Shown here: positions 28,901 to 39,403 of the stretch, piece by piece
How positions within the stretch are numbered: the stretch's first letter is position 1
Layout of the letters: the number at the start of each line of letters is the position of its first letter
Origin: Anaerolineales bacterium UBA3499
GTDB taxonomy: Bacteria; Chloroflexota; Anaerolineae; Anaerolineales; UBA11657
Length of the DNA: 64,000 nucleotides
Direction: 5' to 3'
Assembly (NCBI GenBank): GCA_002377585.1
Contig: DFQC01000025.1
Span: 1,117-65,116, forward strand
Notes under the pieces: generated by a model
Told to the model about the DNA's origin: nothing
What the model saw: only the letters and a program-made list of their open reading frames with translations
The model's database searches: none
Program-made: the position numbers and the translations under genes

Positions 28901-30043
28901 ATAATCCTCCTTGCTATAGGTATGCTATTTTCTTCGATATCAACGGGTTTGACATCCGTATTCTATGCTTATGAAAAAGCTGAGTACCCCGCAGCTGTTA
29001 GTAGTTTCAGCACTATTCTGAAAGTAGCCCTAGGATTAATTGCACTAATTCTAGGATATAGTTTTGTTGGCCTTGCTGGTGTGAGCATAGTAGTAAATAT
29101 AATCACGATGCTTACACTGTTCGTGTTAGTAAGAAGGTTGTTCTTCAAACCCCATCCTGAATTCAATGTAAAACTACAAAGACGTATGTCTACGGATTCC
29201 TTTCCTTTAATGCTTAACCATCTACTAGCAACTCTATTTTTCAAGATAGACATACCTATGATCCGCACTATGCGTAGCCAAGCTGAAGTCGGACGCTATA
29301 GTACTTCCTACAAATTCATTGAAGCTTTCAATATAATTCCTGCATTTTTCACTTTTGCACTATTCCCATTAATGAGCCGGCAAGCTAAAGATGACCAAGA
29401 AGCATTAACTAGAACCTACTATTTAGCTATCAAATTGCTTTTTGCCGTAGCATTACCGCTGGCATTAACAACTAGCTTTCTAGCCACACCTTTAGTACGC
29501 ATTCTAGGTGGGGAAGATTTTCTCCCACAAGGGGCAATAGCATTACAATTGATGATATGGTCAATCCCATTTGGATGGATCAATAGTGTGACTAACTATC
29601 TTTTAGTTGCTATTGATCAAGTACGAACAATAACACGGTCATTTGTAATTGCCACTGTTCTTAACATTGTGGTAAATACTATCTTCATCCCAATATTTGG
29701 ATTTCGAGCAGCAGCGATATCAACTATTTTGTCAGAAATAATACTAGGTACTCTATTCCAATGGACTTTGTATCGTAAGTTAAATCGTACGCCATGGGTA
29801 CAATTGTTCGGAAAAATAATCGCTTCTGCAGCTTTGATGGGTGTAATAACATGGATAGGCTTACAGTGGAGCATATTCTTGGGATTAATGTTCGGTATAT
29901 GTGCTTATCTCGCCACTATCATTTACATTGGGGCTTTTAATTCTCGAGAGATAAGTATAATCGTGGATTTGATGCCAGAATCAATCAAGCATCGTATTAG
30001 TAGCGCAATGCAAAATAACAGTAAAAACAATTATCTTAGTTGA
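25958..30043 (+). CDS. Fusion protein: YfhO-family GT-C glycosyltransferase (aa ~1-860) plus MOP/Wzx-type polysaccharide flippase (aa ~865-1361)
   Basis: N-terminal part has ..[26 protein letters not shown].. (YfhO hallmark), many TM segments and a large loop. The C-terminal part ..[30 protein letters not shown].. with 12-14 TM segments is typical of Polysacc_synt/MOP flippases. Confidence 0.7.
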   Translation: MKSNKFFSNLIVPLALILPPLLLFASVTIGNKTIIPTDNLVQFEPWKAAAASSLIQAPQTPYNALLSDLVLENYAWKRFINHAIETRQIPLWNPYLFAGTPFLGNGQHSMFYPFSVFFYFLPLAKAYGWFIVSQYVLAGINMYLFARTLQIGRWGSLIGATIYQISLFMIVSAVFPMIIAGAVWLPMILVAVGGLIHQKTLFRKYSFIPWISLGAISISLQLLAGHPEIVAYSLLIASLYAAWHSLKLIFSDHREDLLRIIFHMGLMIILGILLGAVQLFPLLEAASNNFRVDTASLTEVREWGYPVRRLVTLLIPNFFGNPTHHAYFDWFTQDWTPVRINALGEKIATIDWGMKNYVEGGMYVGILPLLLVIVTFTKHFYKRNIQSSKRSDIGFFFVLSALSLAFVFGTPLYALIYYLPGLGQLHSPFRWVWPLSICLATLAAYGSNEIIQSKHSDKKVVYLLLARISMWIGSIVTIGVFLCYIFFNSLEPLFEQALWNLAKASNSFANARMFFSYQSRWVLQFGIIFSLSGFVLWKTIASKHRMWKYSLWSIIVVDLFLAGQGFNPSSNPKILDYKPPIIEFLHEDESHWRFTTYDPNGSKTLNANAGWLFDVEDVRGYDSIIPAQYVDYMQLIEPQNELQYNRISPITTWQGLHSPLLDLLNVKYVISEQKINSPEKFELVYEGETLVYENQQVIPRAYTLPASCITTTNDLQSTLQEINPHHVIVLDTQDISNSHSLTAAATCQIKPAQITSSRLNEVQIEAQLYQPGYLVLTDSYSAGWQVFVHSEVNEVETRVELIRANGNFRALYLEQGKHYVRFNYSPLSFRLGGVISTISIATLLIFATIWLWQVFYKDKKTSSEANIVAKNSLAPMGFNLLNRSIDFIFAMFYLRILGPAESGNYATAIVIIGWFEIWTNFGLNTWLTREASRNLDSINQYLSNSTIFRIALGLLTMPLFLGAIVIYQRNTGLLGSDTVLAIILLAIGMLFSSISTGLTSVFYAYEKAEYPAAVSSFSTILKVALGLIALILGYSFVGLAGVSIVVNIITMLTLFVLVRRLFFKPHPEFNVKLQRRMSTDSFPLMLNHLLATLFFKIDIPMIRTMRSQAEVGRYSTSYKFIEAFNIIPAFFTFALFPLMSRQAKDDQEALTRTYYLAIKLLFAVALPLALTTSFLATPLVRILGGEDFLPQGAIALQLMIWSIPFGWINSVTNYLLVAIDQVRTITRSFVIATVLNIVVNTIFIPIFGFRAAAISTILSEIILGTLFQWTLYRKLNRTPWVQLFGKIIASAALMGVITWIGLQWSIFLGLMFGICAYLATIIYIGAFNSREISIIVDLMPESIKHRISSAMQNNSKNNYLS

Positions 30044-30060
30044 CCTGTGAGGTTACATTT

Positions 30061-31392
30061 ATGATTATAAGAATTGAAAACATTGCCGACTATGTGGACC
30101 AAACAATTACCATACAAGGCTGGATATATGCCAAGACTGGTAAAGGGAAATTACACTTTATTCAATTGCGAGATGGCACTGGGATTGCTCAATGCGTAGT
30201 TTTCCAAAAGGAAGTGAGTGAGGAAGTTTTTGATGTAACTCAACAGCTGACTCAAGAATCATCTGTTTTGTTAACTGGCACAGTTCGAAAAGATGAACGA
30301 GCACCGGGTGTTCCAGGCGGATACGAAGTAGGAGTAACCGATATACAAGTAATACAGTCAGTCAATGAATATCCTATTACACCTAAAGAACATGGTGTTG
30401 AATTCTTGCTAGACCGGAGACACTTGTGGATTCGTTCATCACGCCAATGGGCTATTTTACGAATTCGAGCATGCATTATGCGTTCGATCAGGGAATGGTT
30501 AGATGAAAATGGATTTCTTGAGATGACCACACCTGTCATCACGCCAGCTGCAGTTGAAGGAACATCCACTTTGTTTGAAATTGACTACTTTGATAAAACT
30601 GCATACTTATGTCAAACTGGTCAACTCTACAATGAGGCCAATATTGCAGCATTTGGCAAGGTGTATGCATTTGGTCCAACTTTCCGAGCTGAAAAATCAA
30701 AAACTCGCAGACATTTAACAGAATTTTGGATGGTCGAACCCGAGATAGCATATTGTGATTTAGTTCAATTATTAGAAATAGAGGAACAGTTTGTCAGCCA
30801 TATTGTCCAATCTTGTCTGCAAAAATGCAGTGCTGAACTAGCACTTCTTGGTCGAGATATAAGTATGCTCAGCAATATCAAACCGCCTTTTCCTCGTATT
30901 ACTTATGATAATGCAATTGAACGATTAATCGATCTCAAAAACGAGACGGATGATCCAGAACAAAAATCTCTGATTGATATCGAATGGGGCGATGACTTTG
31001 GTGCTCCTCACGAAACTGCACTTACAAAAATGTTTGATAAACCTGTGTTCGTTACACATTATCCCACACAAGTAAAGGCGTTTTACATGCCAGTACTAGA
31101 AAATCGACCAGAGGTTTGCTACTCCGCTGATCTGTTAGCTCCTGAAGGTTATGGGGAAATTATAGGAGGATCAGAGAGAATACACGATCACGACACGCTA
31201 GTCAATCGAATTAAAGAACATGATCTTCCAATTGAAACTTATGATTGGTATCTAGACTTACGTAAATATGGCAGTGTGCCTCATTCTGGTTTCGGTTTAG
31301 GTATCGAGCGAACTGTGTCTTGGATATGTGGTATTGAGCATATACGCGAAACAAGTCCATATCCTAGAATGATAAATAGAGATAATCCATAA
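30061..31392 (+). CDS. asnS: Asparagine--tRNA ligase
   Basis: OB-fold N-terminus. Motif 2 [21 protein letters not shown]. Motif 3 [10 protein letters not shown]. The ~445 aa length is typical of AsnRS. Confidence 0.85.
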   Translation: MIIRIENIADYVDQTITIQGWIYAKTGKGKLHFIQLRDGTGIAQCVVFQKEVSEEVFDVTQQLTQESSVLLTGTVRKDERAPGVPGGYEVGVTDIQVIQSVNEYPITPKEHGVEFLLDRRHLWIRSSRQWAILRIRACIMRSIREWLDENGFLEMTTPVITPAAVEGTSTLFEIDYFDKTAYLCQTGQLYNEANIAAFGKVYAFGPTFRAEKSKTRRHLTEFWMVEPEIAYCDLVQLLEIEEQFVSHIVQSCLQKCSAELALLGRDISMLSNIKPPFPRITYDNAIERLIDLKNETDDPEQKSLIDIEWGDDFGAPHETALTKMFDKPVFVTHYPTQVKAFYMPVLENRPEVCYSADLLAPEGYGEIIGGSERIHDHDTLVNRIKEHDLPIETYDWYLDLRKYGSVPHSGFGLGIERTVSWICGIEHIRETSPYPRMINRDNP

Positions 31393-31435
31393 TTGGAATA
31401 TATTTTGTCAAGAAGTATTTCCAATATAGTAAGTT

Positions 31436-32581
31436 ATGCCCTATAGAACCCACGACACTATCCCTGTATGGGGACAATTACAAGACAGTGCCCTCCAACA
31501 GATGAACAACTGCCTCAAGCATGATAAGGCAGTTTTAGCAGCTCTAATGGCGGATCATCATCATGGATATGTACAACCTATTGGAGGAGTAATTGCATAC
31601 CATGAAGCCGTATCTCCTGCAGGAGTGGGTTATGACATAGCTTGTGGCAACAAGGCAGTACGTCTAGACATTTCAGCAATAGAGGTGCGTAACAATATAT
31701 CTACTATCATGAGTGATATCACTCGTAATATATCATTTGGGGTCGGAAGCAAGAATCAACAACCAGTTGATCACGCTATTTTCAATGATCCAATCTGGAA
31801 ACTGGAACCATTGATCAAATGGAAACACCTAGCTATATCACAATTAGGCAGCGTGGGAAGCGGCAATCACTACGTCGACATCTTTATTGATGAGCTAAAT
31901 AGAGTGTGGGTAGGAGTACATTTTGGTTCCCGGGGATTGGGACACAGAATTGCTACCCATTTCATAAAATCTGGTGGTGGCAAACCCAATGATGTCTCTC
32001 CGGTCGTGCTAAATGTAAACACTAATATTGGAGAGGACTACCTCAAATCTATGTCCCTTGCAGGTAGATATGCATACGCTGGTCGTAATTGGGTATGCAG
32101 AAAAATTGCAACAATCTTGGGAGCAAGCATCTTAGAAGAAGTTCACAATCACCACAACTTTGCATGGAAAGAACTTCACAACGACATGGAACTCTGGGTT
32201 GTACGTAAGGGTGCTACACCTGCTTATCCCAAGCAAAGAAGTTTTGTTGGAGGAAGCATGGGAGACATATCAGTCATTATAGAAGGATTAGATTCTAATG
32301 AGAGCAAAAAGGCTATATACAGTACCATACACGGAGCTGGACGTATTATGTCTCGCACTGAAGCCGCTGGCAAGTACCGAAATGGTAAAAGAAGCGGAGG
32401 CAAGATTTCTCGGCAGATGATGTTAGACTGGATCGAAAGAGAAAACGTTGAACTGAGAGGGGCTAATACAGACGAATCTCCACATTGTTACCGCAGACTA
32501 ACTCAAGTACTGAAGCATCACGCTCCAACTATTCGTGTTTTACATAAGCTGCAGCCTATAGGTGTAGCAATGGCACATTAA
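31436..32581 (+). CDS. rtcB: RtcB-family RNA ligase (short form)
   Basis: DHHHGY, GYDIACGN, GSGNHY, HNHHNF, GGSMGD, HGAGR motifs in RtcB order. Confidence 0.8.
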   Translation: MPYRTHDTIPVWGQLQDSALQQMNNCLKHDKAVLAALMADHHHGYVQPIGGVIAYHEAVSPAGVGYDIACGNKAVRLDISAIEVRNNISTIMSDITRNISFGVGSKNQQPVDHAIFNDPIWKLEPLIKWKHLAISQLGSVGSGNHYVDIFIDELNRVWVGVHFGSRGLGHRIATHFIKSGGGKPNDVSPVVLNVNTNIGEDYLKSMSLAGRYAYAGRNWVCRKIATILGASILEEVHNHHNFAWKELHNDMELWVVRKGATPAYPKQRSFVGGSMGDISVIIEGLDSNESKKAIYSTIHGAGRIMSRTEAAGKYRNGKRSGGKISRQMMLDWIERENVELRGANTDESPHCYRRLTQVLKHHAPTIRVLHKLQPIGVAMAH

Positions 32582-32622
32582 TCATAAGATTTTTGTTACA
32601 ACTAAAATTTTGCCAAAACAAT

Positions 32623-33435
32623 ATGAAAACAAAACCTGAAATCATCCATCACTCACAGGAAGATCACCTAACATTTGCAAAACAATTGGCCCATTCTGCT
32701 GGACAAAGGTTACTAAGCTCCTTCGGCAAAAGTATCGCAACAACTAAAGAGGACGGAACCACAGTGACTAGTGCTGATAAGGAAATAGACCAATTCATTA
32801 GTGAAGAGATTCAAGTCAGATATCCAATGGACAACATACTTAGCGAAGAATTGTCACCAAAATATACTGATAATGGAAGTGCTGTATGGATTGTCGATCC
32901 TATTGACGGAACGACCAATTACAGCCAGGGTCTGCCTCTTTGGGGTGTATCAATTGCTCGATTAGAAAATGGTTATCCTACAATCGGAGTCCTATATTTC
33001 CCTATATTGGACATGTTGTGCTATGCATCAAAAGGACAAGGAGCATTCGAAAATAACAAGCGTATTTCAGCTAGAAGACCAGCTGTTGTCGACCGCTATT
33101 CAATCTTTACGTGTAGTTCTGGAACTGAACGATATTACAAAATTGGAGAAGGCTTGCGGGCAAAAAGACGCACATTTGGATCGACCATCTACGAGCTGTA
33201 CTTAGTAGCTCGTGGGAATGCTCTATTTTGTGTGTTACCGGAACCCAAAGTATGGGATTTAGCAGCAGCCTGGTTAATAATTGAAGAATCAGGTGGAGCA
33301 ATCGCCACACTAAACGATCCTGAGCACTTTCCACTTACGAAAGAAATGCCTTATACAAGCATACAGCTACCTACCCTCGCCACTGCTAGTCTAGCAATGT
33401 GGAAGCGTATCCATGATCTGATTTGCATACAGTAA
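32623..33435 (+). CDS. Inositol monophosphatase family protein
   Basis: ..LSEE.., WIVDPIDGTTNY, WDLAAA. Start is ambiguous (TTG 32593 or ATG 32623). Confidence 0.8.
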   Translation: MKTKPEIIHHSQEDHLTFAKQLAHSAGQRLLSSFGKSIATTKEDGTTVTSADKEIDQFISEEIQVRYPMDNILSEELSPKYTDNGSAVWIVDPIDGTTNYSQGLPLWGVSIARLENGYPTIGVLYFPILDMLCYASKGQGAFENNKRISARRPAVVDRYSIFTCSSGTERYYKIGEGLRAKRRTFGSTIYELYLVARGNALFCVLPEPKVWDLAAAWLIIEESGGAIATLNDPEHFPLTKEMPYTSIQLPTLATASLAMWKRIHDLICIQ

Positions 33436-33465
33436 AATACTGTAATCTTGTGCAAATGAAAGAGG

Positions 33466-35169
33466 TTATGGATAAGGTATAATCAGTTTGCTTCCTATCT
33501 GTATACTGGCAGGATCTAGTATACGATTACGGTCAATTATCATCTGCATCGGAACTTCATACTGTATTGAAATACTTATCAAAGTATCCCCAGTCTGAAC
33601 CTCATGAAACCTCTGTACTGGGGTTGCTGTGGGCGGTTGAACAAGATTGTATGCAGGAGTTAGAGCAGGTAGAATGTCAGGCATCTTAATGTTCCCATCA
33701 AAATAACGACCAATAATTTCTTCTGGATAATCTGGGATATAACTTCGCAATGTCTCGAAAAATTCATTCGCATCAATTATCCGAAAACTACCTCTGCGAA
33801 ATAAATCGCGAGTGAAACTTCGGAATTTATTTTGCCCCATTTCATTGCGCAATTCATGTAGAAAACGGGCTCCAATCCGGTAAGTATTTTGCAACATTTC
33901 CTGTCTATTGTTCATATCATATACAGTACGATTCAAAGGACCTTTTGGCTGCCAGTAATTAATGCGGTCAGTCCAAAACCACTCCTGCATATCTGGATAA
34001 TATTTTTCGAGATACAAATATTCCGAATACATTGCAAAGGACGCACCTAACCAAGGTTCGCTGATTGCGTCATATCCCACTAATTCACCCCACCACAATT
34101 CTGAAAGCGTTAATGGGACAAGTACCATCAACAATGAATCGGGCTGGCCACTGTAATTATCAAACCCTTGTCCAGAATGAAGTAATAATCCGCTAGAAGC
34201 TATGCTCGAACGATAATGATTTTGAGCAATCACTAAGCTACGATATGGATAGTGCCCATAACTGTCATTGAACAACACTAGCGATCTAATAACGGCCTTG
34301 AGAACATCATCACCAGCATAACTATCTTCGGGTCTATGGAATAGATATATGGTGACACCAGCCTCGGTCTTAGTTTTTAGTTCATAATTCGGACTTGCAC
34401 TAAATGCAATGTTTCGCGCATTGTCCATTTGAAAGTACCAATCATTCCCTCTACGTTCTATAGGACCACCACTAGCAACAACAATCCCATCAGTAACTCT
34501 AACTAACAATTTATAGTCTGACACCTCCGTGACAACAGGCCAACTAACCCCAACATCAGGCCATCTGATCCAACCTATACCAGCTCTATAAGGCACAAGT
34601 CGCGGATACCAATTCACAAATTGCAATACATCTCCACTATACCCAATGTCACCCACTGGTCTAAGTGATGCTAAATTTACTTGTGTTGCTTCAAGGCCAT
34701 AGGTAATTGTTAGAATCCGAGATTCTTTTGGGTTTATAAATTTTGCTAATTGAAAATTAAGAAAACCATCAGAGGTGACTTGCATCTGTGATGCTTGAAG
34801 CTCAACACCATCTTTAATGCTCACTTCACTAAGAACAAACTGGTCAGTTTGCAAACCTGGAGGCAAGTAAAACACAAGCTCGTTCCAAACATCTGGCCCA
34901 GGATTAACTACCTCCACGAGCTGTGTGACTTTGGCACTATGACCAGCATAATCTAAAGAAACATCAAAAGTATAATTGATGATAGCACCTAATTGGCTGA
35001 CTATCTGATCATTAGAATTACCATCTCCCTCTAATACTGGTTTATCTCTAATGCCAGGAGGAACAAAAGTTGGTAAGGGTTGTGGAGTTGCCGGATTACT
35101 ATCAGCACATGATGACAAGCTATATATGATCAACAAACAGTATGTAATCCAAATAAATTTCCGTATCAT
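33466..35169 (-). CDS. Lipoprotein with M1-peptidase-like core lacking the HExxH/E zinc site, plus a C-terminal LysM domain
   Basis: Lipobox LSSC. LTLSELWWGELVG..EPWLGASFAMYSE aligns by eye to the M1 pattern HELAHQWFGNLV..WLNEGFA.Y, with all three zinc ligands replaced. C-terminal LysM: HEVQTGDTLISISIQYEVPMQMIIDRNRILDPASIQIGSKLIIP. Confidence 0.5.
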   Translation of the reverse strand: MIRKFIWITYCLLIIYSLSSCADSNPATPQPLPTFVPPGIRDKPVLEGDGNSNDQIVSQLGAIINYTFDVSLDYAGHSAKVTQLVEVVNPGPDVWNELVFYLPPGLQTDQFVLSEVSIKDGVELQASQMQVTSDGFLNFQLAKFINPKESRILTITYGLEATQVNLASLRPVGDIGYSGDVLQFVNWYPRLVPYRAGIGWIRWPDVGVSWPVVTEVSDYKLLVRVTDGIVVASGGPIERRGNDWYFQMDNARNIAFSASPNYELKTKTEAGVTIYLFHRPEDSYAGDDVLKAVIRSLVLFNDSYGHYPYRSLVIAQNHYRSSIASSGLLLHSGQGFDNYSGQPDSLLMVLVPLTLSELWWGELVGYDAISEPWLGASFAMYSEYLYLEKYYPDMQEWFWTDRINYWQPKGPLNRTVYDMNNRQEMLQNTYRIGARFLHELRNEMGQNKFRSFTRDLFRRGSFRIIDANEFFETLRSYIPDYPEEIIGRYFDGNIKMPDILPALTPAYNLVQPPTATPVQRFHEVQTGDTLISISIQYEVPMQMIIDRNRILDPASIQIGSKLIIPYP

Positions 35170-35276
35170 GAATACCTCAATTATCAAAATATACACCGAA
35201 ATCACATAGAATCATACCTCTAGCGGCAGTATGCACAGCAACCCCAATGGTATAATTAGGCTAGGAGGAAGTAGTT

Positions 35277-35921
35277 ATGGAAATCGCTTGGCATGGATAT
35301 TCATGCTTTAGGTTGACTGAGCGGAACTCAGCATCTATCGTTACAGACCCTTTCAACAAAAGTATAGGATTGACATCTTCTCGCCTAAAGGCAGATGTTG
35401 TCACTATTAGTCATGATGCTCCTGGTCATAACAATTCGGATAATGTGAAAGGAGCACGTACTATTACAGGTCCGGGAGAGTATGAAATTGGTGGTGCGTT
35501 CATAACCGGTGTGAACACATCATCCAATAAACAAGAAGAAAATTCTGAAACATCACCTAATACTGCTTACGTAATAGATTATGAGTCTGCAAGCGTCTGC
35601 CATCTAGGTGATATGAATGCTATTCCATCACAAACACAAATTGAAGCCTTAGGAACAGTAGATGTTTTACTTGTACCTGTAGGCGGAGGAAAGGGACTTA
35701 ATGCCGCTCAGGCTGCAGAAATAATAAGTTTGATTGAACCATCCATAGTAATTCCGATGCATTATAGAATTGGCAAAGTCAAAGTTAAGTTAGACCCATT
35801 GAGCCGTTTCCTGAAAGAAATGGGGTTGGGAAAAGTGCATTCTGAGCCTAACCTCAAAGTAATTAAATCTAGTTTACCTGAGGAGACACAAGTTAGAGTG
35901 CTAGATCCCAAGACAGGATAA
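35277..35921 (+). CDS. Metallo-beta-lactamase-fold hydrolase (UPF0173-like)
   Basis: MEIAWHGYSCFRL.., VVTISHDAPGH, HLGD, PMHY. Confidence 0.65.
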   Translation: MEIAWHGYSCFRLTERNSASIVTDPFNKSIGLTSSRLKADVVTISHDAPGHNNSDNVKGARTITGPGEYEIGGAFITGVNTSSNKQEENSETSPNTAYVIDYESASVCHLGDMNAIPSQTQIEALGTVDVLLVPVGGGKGLNAAQAAEIISLIEPSIVIPMHYRIGKVKVKLDPLSRFLKEMGLGKVHSEPNLKVIKSSLPEETQVRVLDPKTG

Positions 35922-35965
35922 ATATCAGTAGTTTATTTTTAAACTCAAATGACTTGAGGCTCGGA

Positions 35966-36265
35966 ATGGTAAAAATAATACTCACCTGGGACATTAAGCC
36001 AAATCTAGAGCAGGAATATTTTGATTTTGTTGTAAGAGAATTTGTGCCTGGGATTACCCAACTAGGCATAAAACCCACTGACGCCTGGTACACACTGTAT
36101 GGAGATTGTTCACAAATACTTACAGCTGGAGTGGCGGAAACAAAAGAGAAAATATATGAAATATTAAGCAGTCATGAGTGGGGACAATTAGAGACTCGAC
36201 TGCTTGATTTCGTAGATAATTTTGAACATAAAGTTGTAAATGCGCGTCAAGGATTTCAACTCTAA
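35966..36265 (+). CDS. Hypothetical protein (~99 aa)
   Basis: ORF only. No motif recognised. Start is ambiguous (TTG 35954 or ATG 35966). Confidence 0.4.
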   Translation: MVKIILTWDIKPNLEQEYFDFVVREFVPGITQLGIKPTDAWYTLYGDCSQILTAGVAETKEKIYEILSSHEWGQLETRLLDFVDNFEHKVVNARQGFQL

Positions 36266-36288
36266 CAACACTTCTTAGGTCACATCAA

Positions 36289-37446
36289 ATGGATAAGCAC
36301 ATATATATGGATCATGCTGCTACTACTCCAGTGGATGCTTCAGTCTTAGAAGCTATGCTACCATGGTTTACCAATGAATATGGGAATCCTTCTTCAATAC
36401 ATCGTTGGGGTCAGCGTACTGATTACGCCATCACTACAGCACGAGAGGAAATAGCTGAAATACTATGCTGTGAAGCAGATGAGATTATATTCACATCTTG
36501 TGGCAGCGAAAGCGACAATTTAGCACTTCGTGGAATAGCATTGGAAGCACGTGAGCTAGGTAAAGGTAACCATTTAATTATATCGTCTATAGAACACCCT
36601 GCAATCCTCAGAACTGCCCAAGAACTGGAACATCACCATGGCTTTGATATTACGATATTGCCAGTTGATCAACACGGACTAATATCTACAACAGATTTGA
36701 AAAATGTCATAAGGCCTGACACATTCTTGATATCTATTATGTATGCAAACAATGAAATCGGTGTTGTGCAACCCATTTCGGAACTTACTGCAATTGCTCA
36801 TGAACACAATATATTGTTTCACTCCGATGCCGTCCAGGCAGCCGGACAATTGCCATTAGACATTGAAAAATTGGGTGTAGACCTACTGTCTGTCAGTGCA
36901 CACAAATTTTACGGACCGAAAGGCGTTGGATTACTATATGCAAAACGTGACACACTAAAGCACTCCCACCAGACCGGTGGCAGTCAAGAAAATGGTCTGA
37001 GAGCAGGCACACAAAACGTTCCTTTAATAGTAGGTATGGCCAGAGCACTAACGATAGTTGCAGCTAGGAAGTCAAATGACAACAGTAAAATGAAAGTTCT
37101 ACGTGACAAACTTATTGAATCTGTGTTAGACACTATACCAGACTCAATCCTAACCGGTCATCGCACTTGTCGTTTACCCAACAATGCTAGCTTTGCATTT
37201 GAAGGAATAGATGGCAATGAGTTAATAATGCATTTAGACCTATTAAATATTGCCGCTAGTTCAGGATCAGCATGTAAGACTGGTAATCCAGAACCATCAA
37301 GTGTCCTTACTGCACTTGCTCTATCACCGAAATTATCTCTTGGATCATTACGCTTGAGTTTAGGACGCGATACAAACGACAGTGATATAGAATATATACA
37401 ACAAGTTCTTCCTAAGGTTATTAATAATATGAGAGGCGCTCTTTAG
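36289..37446 (+). CDS. Cysteine desulfurase (NifS/IscS class V aminotransferase)
   Basis: YMDHAATTP, PLP lysine SAHKFYGPKGVG, active-site loop SSGSAC. Confidence 0.9.
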   Translation: MDKHIYMDHAATTPVDASVLEAMLPWFTNEYGNPSSIHRWGQRTDYAITTAREEIAEILCCEADEIIFTSCGSESDNLALRGIALEARELGKGNHLIISSIEHPAILRTAQELEHHHGFDITILPVDQHGLISTTDLKNVIRPDTFLISIMYANNEIGVVQPISELTAIAHEHNILFHSDAVQAAGQLPLDIEKLGVDLLSVSAHKFYGPKGVGLLYAKRDTLKHSHQTGGSQENGLRAGTQNVPLIVGMARALTIVAARKSNDNSKMKVLRDKLIESVLDTIPDSILTGHRTCRLPNNASFAFEGIDGNELIMHLDLLNIAASSGSACKTGNPEPSSVLTALALSPKLSLGSLRLSLGRDTNDSDIEYIQQVLPKVINNMRGAL

Positions 37447-38516
37447 TGAAAAACGATCGAATAGCAGTTGCAATGAGTGGTGGTGTTGACAGTTCAGTTG
37501 CTGCTGCGCTACTTAAAAGACAGGGGTATGATATTTTTGGGATAATGCTCCGACTTTGGAGCGAGCCAGGACAGGATAATAACGGTCAAAATCGGTGTTG
37601 TAGCCCGGCATCAGTTTCACGAGCACGCCAAGTAGCCGCCATTCTTGATATCCCATTTTTCGTCATAGACTCACGTGAAGAATTTCACAAGAATGTAGTG
37701 CAGTTTTTTATAGATAAGTATAGTGCTGGTCTAACGCCAAACCCATGTCTTGAATGCAATCGCAATATACGATGGGGACACCTAATGCACAAAGCACTTT
37801 CTATGGGTGCTACACGTATCGCCACAGGACATTATGCGCGCATCATTCAGAATGAAGACAAATGGCAACTGCTTCGAGGACATGATAACAATAAGGACCA
37901 ATCATACGCACTAAGTATGCTTGGTCAATCTGACTTAAAACGTACATTGTTTCCTATTGGATCATACACAAAGAACAAAATAAGATCGCTAGCGAGCGAT
38001 TTTGCTTTACCAGTAGCGCAACGTCAGGACAGTCAAGACTTGTGCTTCTTGGCAGACAAGGACTACAGAAGATTTATGCATGATTACGCTCCAGAATCCC
38101 TTAATCCAGGACCTATTATGAACAGCAGTGGAGAAACACTGGGACAACACAAAGGACTACCGTTGTATACTATCGGACAACGTAAAGGTATAGGTATTTC
38201 TGCACCAGAACCATTATATGTTCTGTCTAAGAACCAATCAGACAATACTCTAATAGTAGATAAGCTTTCTAAGCTAGGAAAAAGCCACCTGAAAGCGAAA
38301 AATGTCAACTGGATCAGCGGTACTACAACAAAAGATAAAATCAGAGCTGAAGTACAGATCAGATACACAGCAAAAGCAGTAGGAGCTTGGATTAAACCTA
38401 TTGATGACAATGAGGTGGAAGTAGAGTTTGATCATCAAATCAATGATATTACTCCCGGACAGGCTGCAGTATTCTATCAGGACAGTGTTTGCTTAGGAGG
38501 AGGAGTGATTGACTAA
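37446..38516 (+). CDS. mnmA: tRNA 2-thiouridine(34) synthase MnmA
   Basis: PP-loop AVAMSGGVDSSVAA. ..CCS.., NPCLECNRNIRWG, GHYAR, DQSYAL, KDSQDLCF. Start overlaps the desulfurase stop (TAGTG). Confidence 0.9.
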   Translation: MKNDRIAVAMSGGVDSSVAAALLKRQGYDIFGIMLRLWSEPGQDNNGQNRCCSPASVSRARQVAAILDIPFFVIDSREEFHKNVVQFFIDKYSAGLTPNPCLECNRNIRWGHLMHKALSMGATRIATGHYARIIQNEDKWQLLRGHDNNKDQSYALSMLGQSDLKRTLFPIGSYTKNKIRSLASDFALPVAQRQDSQDLCFLADKDYRRFMHDYAPESLNPGPIMNSSGETLGQHKGLPLYTIGQRKGIGISAPEPLYVLSKNQSDNTLIVDKLSKLGKSHLKAKNVNWISGTTTKDKIRAEVQIRYTAKAVGAWIKPIDDNEVEVEFDHQINDITPGQAAVFYQDSVCLGGGVID

Positions 38517-38782
38517 TGACAACACCAGCTTATCTAATTGCAATCATATTAGCAACGCTCTACGGTGCACTGTTCCACCTATACAAAGGAGGAAATGCAA
38601 GTAAGATGCTACTCTACCTAGTATCTAGCTGGATGGGTTTTATCATAGGACACAATATTAGTCGAGTCGTGGCATCATCAATATATTCCATTGGTCCACT
38701 AAATGCAGGTATGGCTTCAATAGGTTCGGGATTAGCTTTGGTGCTAGCTCACTGGCTATCAAAACGCAACCTTGAAGATTGA
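38516..38782 (+). CDS. Small membrane protein (88 aa, 3 predicted TM segments)
   Basis: Start overlaps the mnmA stop (TAATG). Hydrophobic segments throughout. Confidence 0.5.
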   Translation: MTTPAYLIAIILATLYGALFHLYKGGNASKMLLYLVSSWMGFIIGHNISRVVASSIYSIGPLNAGMASIGSGLALVLAHWLSKRNLED

Positions 38783-38951
38783 CAAACAATATATTTGACT
38801 CCAAAAAACTATCAGGTCAAGTTAATCCACTTTATGCCTACCCTAAGACCAAAAATAATCTCTCTATACACTGAAAAACTGCTTGATTATCTTATTTAGA
38901 CCAGTCTGTATCACAGATTAGTCTGAATCCAATTTATGCTATAATCCCAAA

Positions 38952-39362
38952 ATGGATGTTAAGTTTCGAGAATCTAATCCAAAAACTGGATGTAGGCTAC
39001 CAGCTATCATAGGCATAACATTAGTATTGATGTTTGTTACTATAACAGTATTACTAGTTATGCTTGTACGCAATCCCGAACTCACACAACTTGTCAGAGA
39101 TATACTGATAATCACTCTGGCAATTGTAGGATTATTTATTGGTATAGCGATGATTGTAGCAATATTCCAAATCACCAAGTTTATACGTCTACTACAACAT
39201 GACATCAAACCTATATTGGAACAAGCCAATGAGACACTCAGCACAGTGCTTAGTACTGCTAGTATGGTCAACGAAAACCTAACAAGGCCTATTATGAAGA
39301 TCGCTGGAACTTTATCAGGAACAATACAGTTCTTGAAAATGATATGGCCTAATCGTAAATAA
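38952..39362 (+). CDS. DUF948-like membrane-anchored coiled-coil protein
   Basis: N-terminal TM segments followed by a helical segment. It precedes a YtxH gene, a pairing I recall for DUF948. An extended -10 element, TGcTATAAT, ends 6 nt before the ATG. Confidence 0.45.
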   Translation: MDVKFRESNPKTGCRLPAIIGITLVLMFVTITVLLVMLVRNPELTQLVRDILIITLAIVGLFIGIAMIVAIFQITKFIRLLQHDIKPILEQANETLSTVLSTASMVNENLTRPIMKIAGTLSGTIQFLKMIWPNRK

Positions 39363-39403
39363 AATAACAAGTAACAGTGAATGAAATTATAAAGGAGTAA
39401 ATC

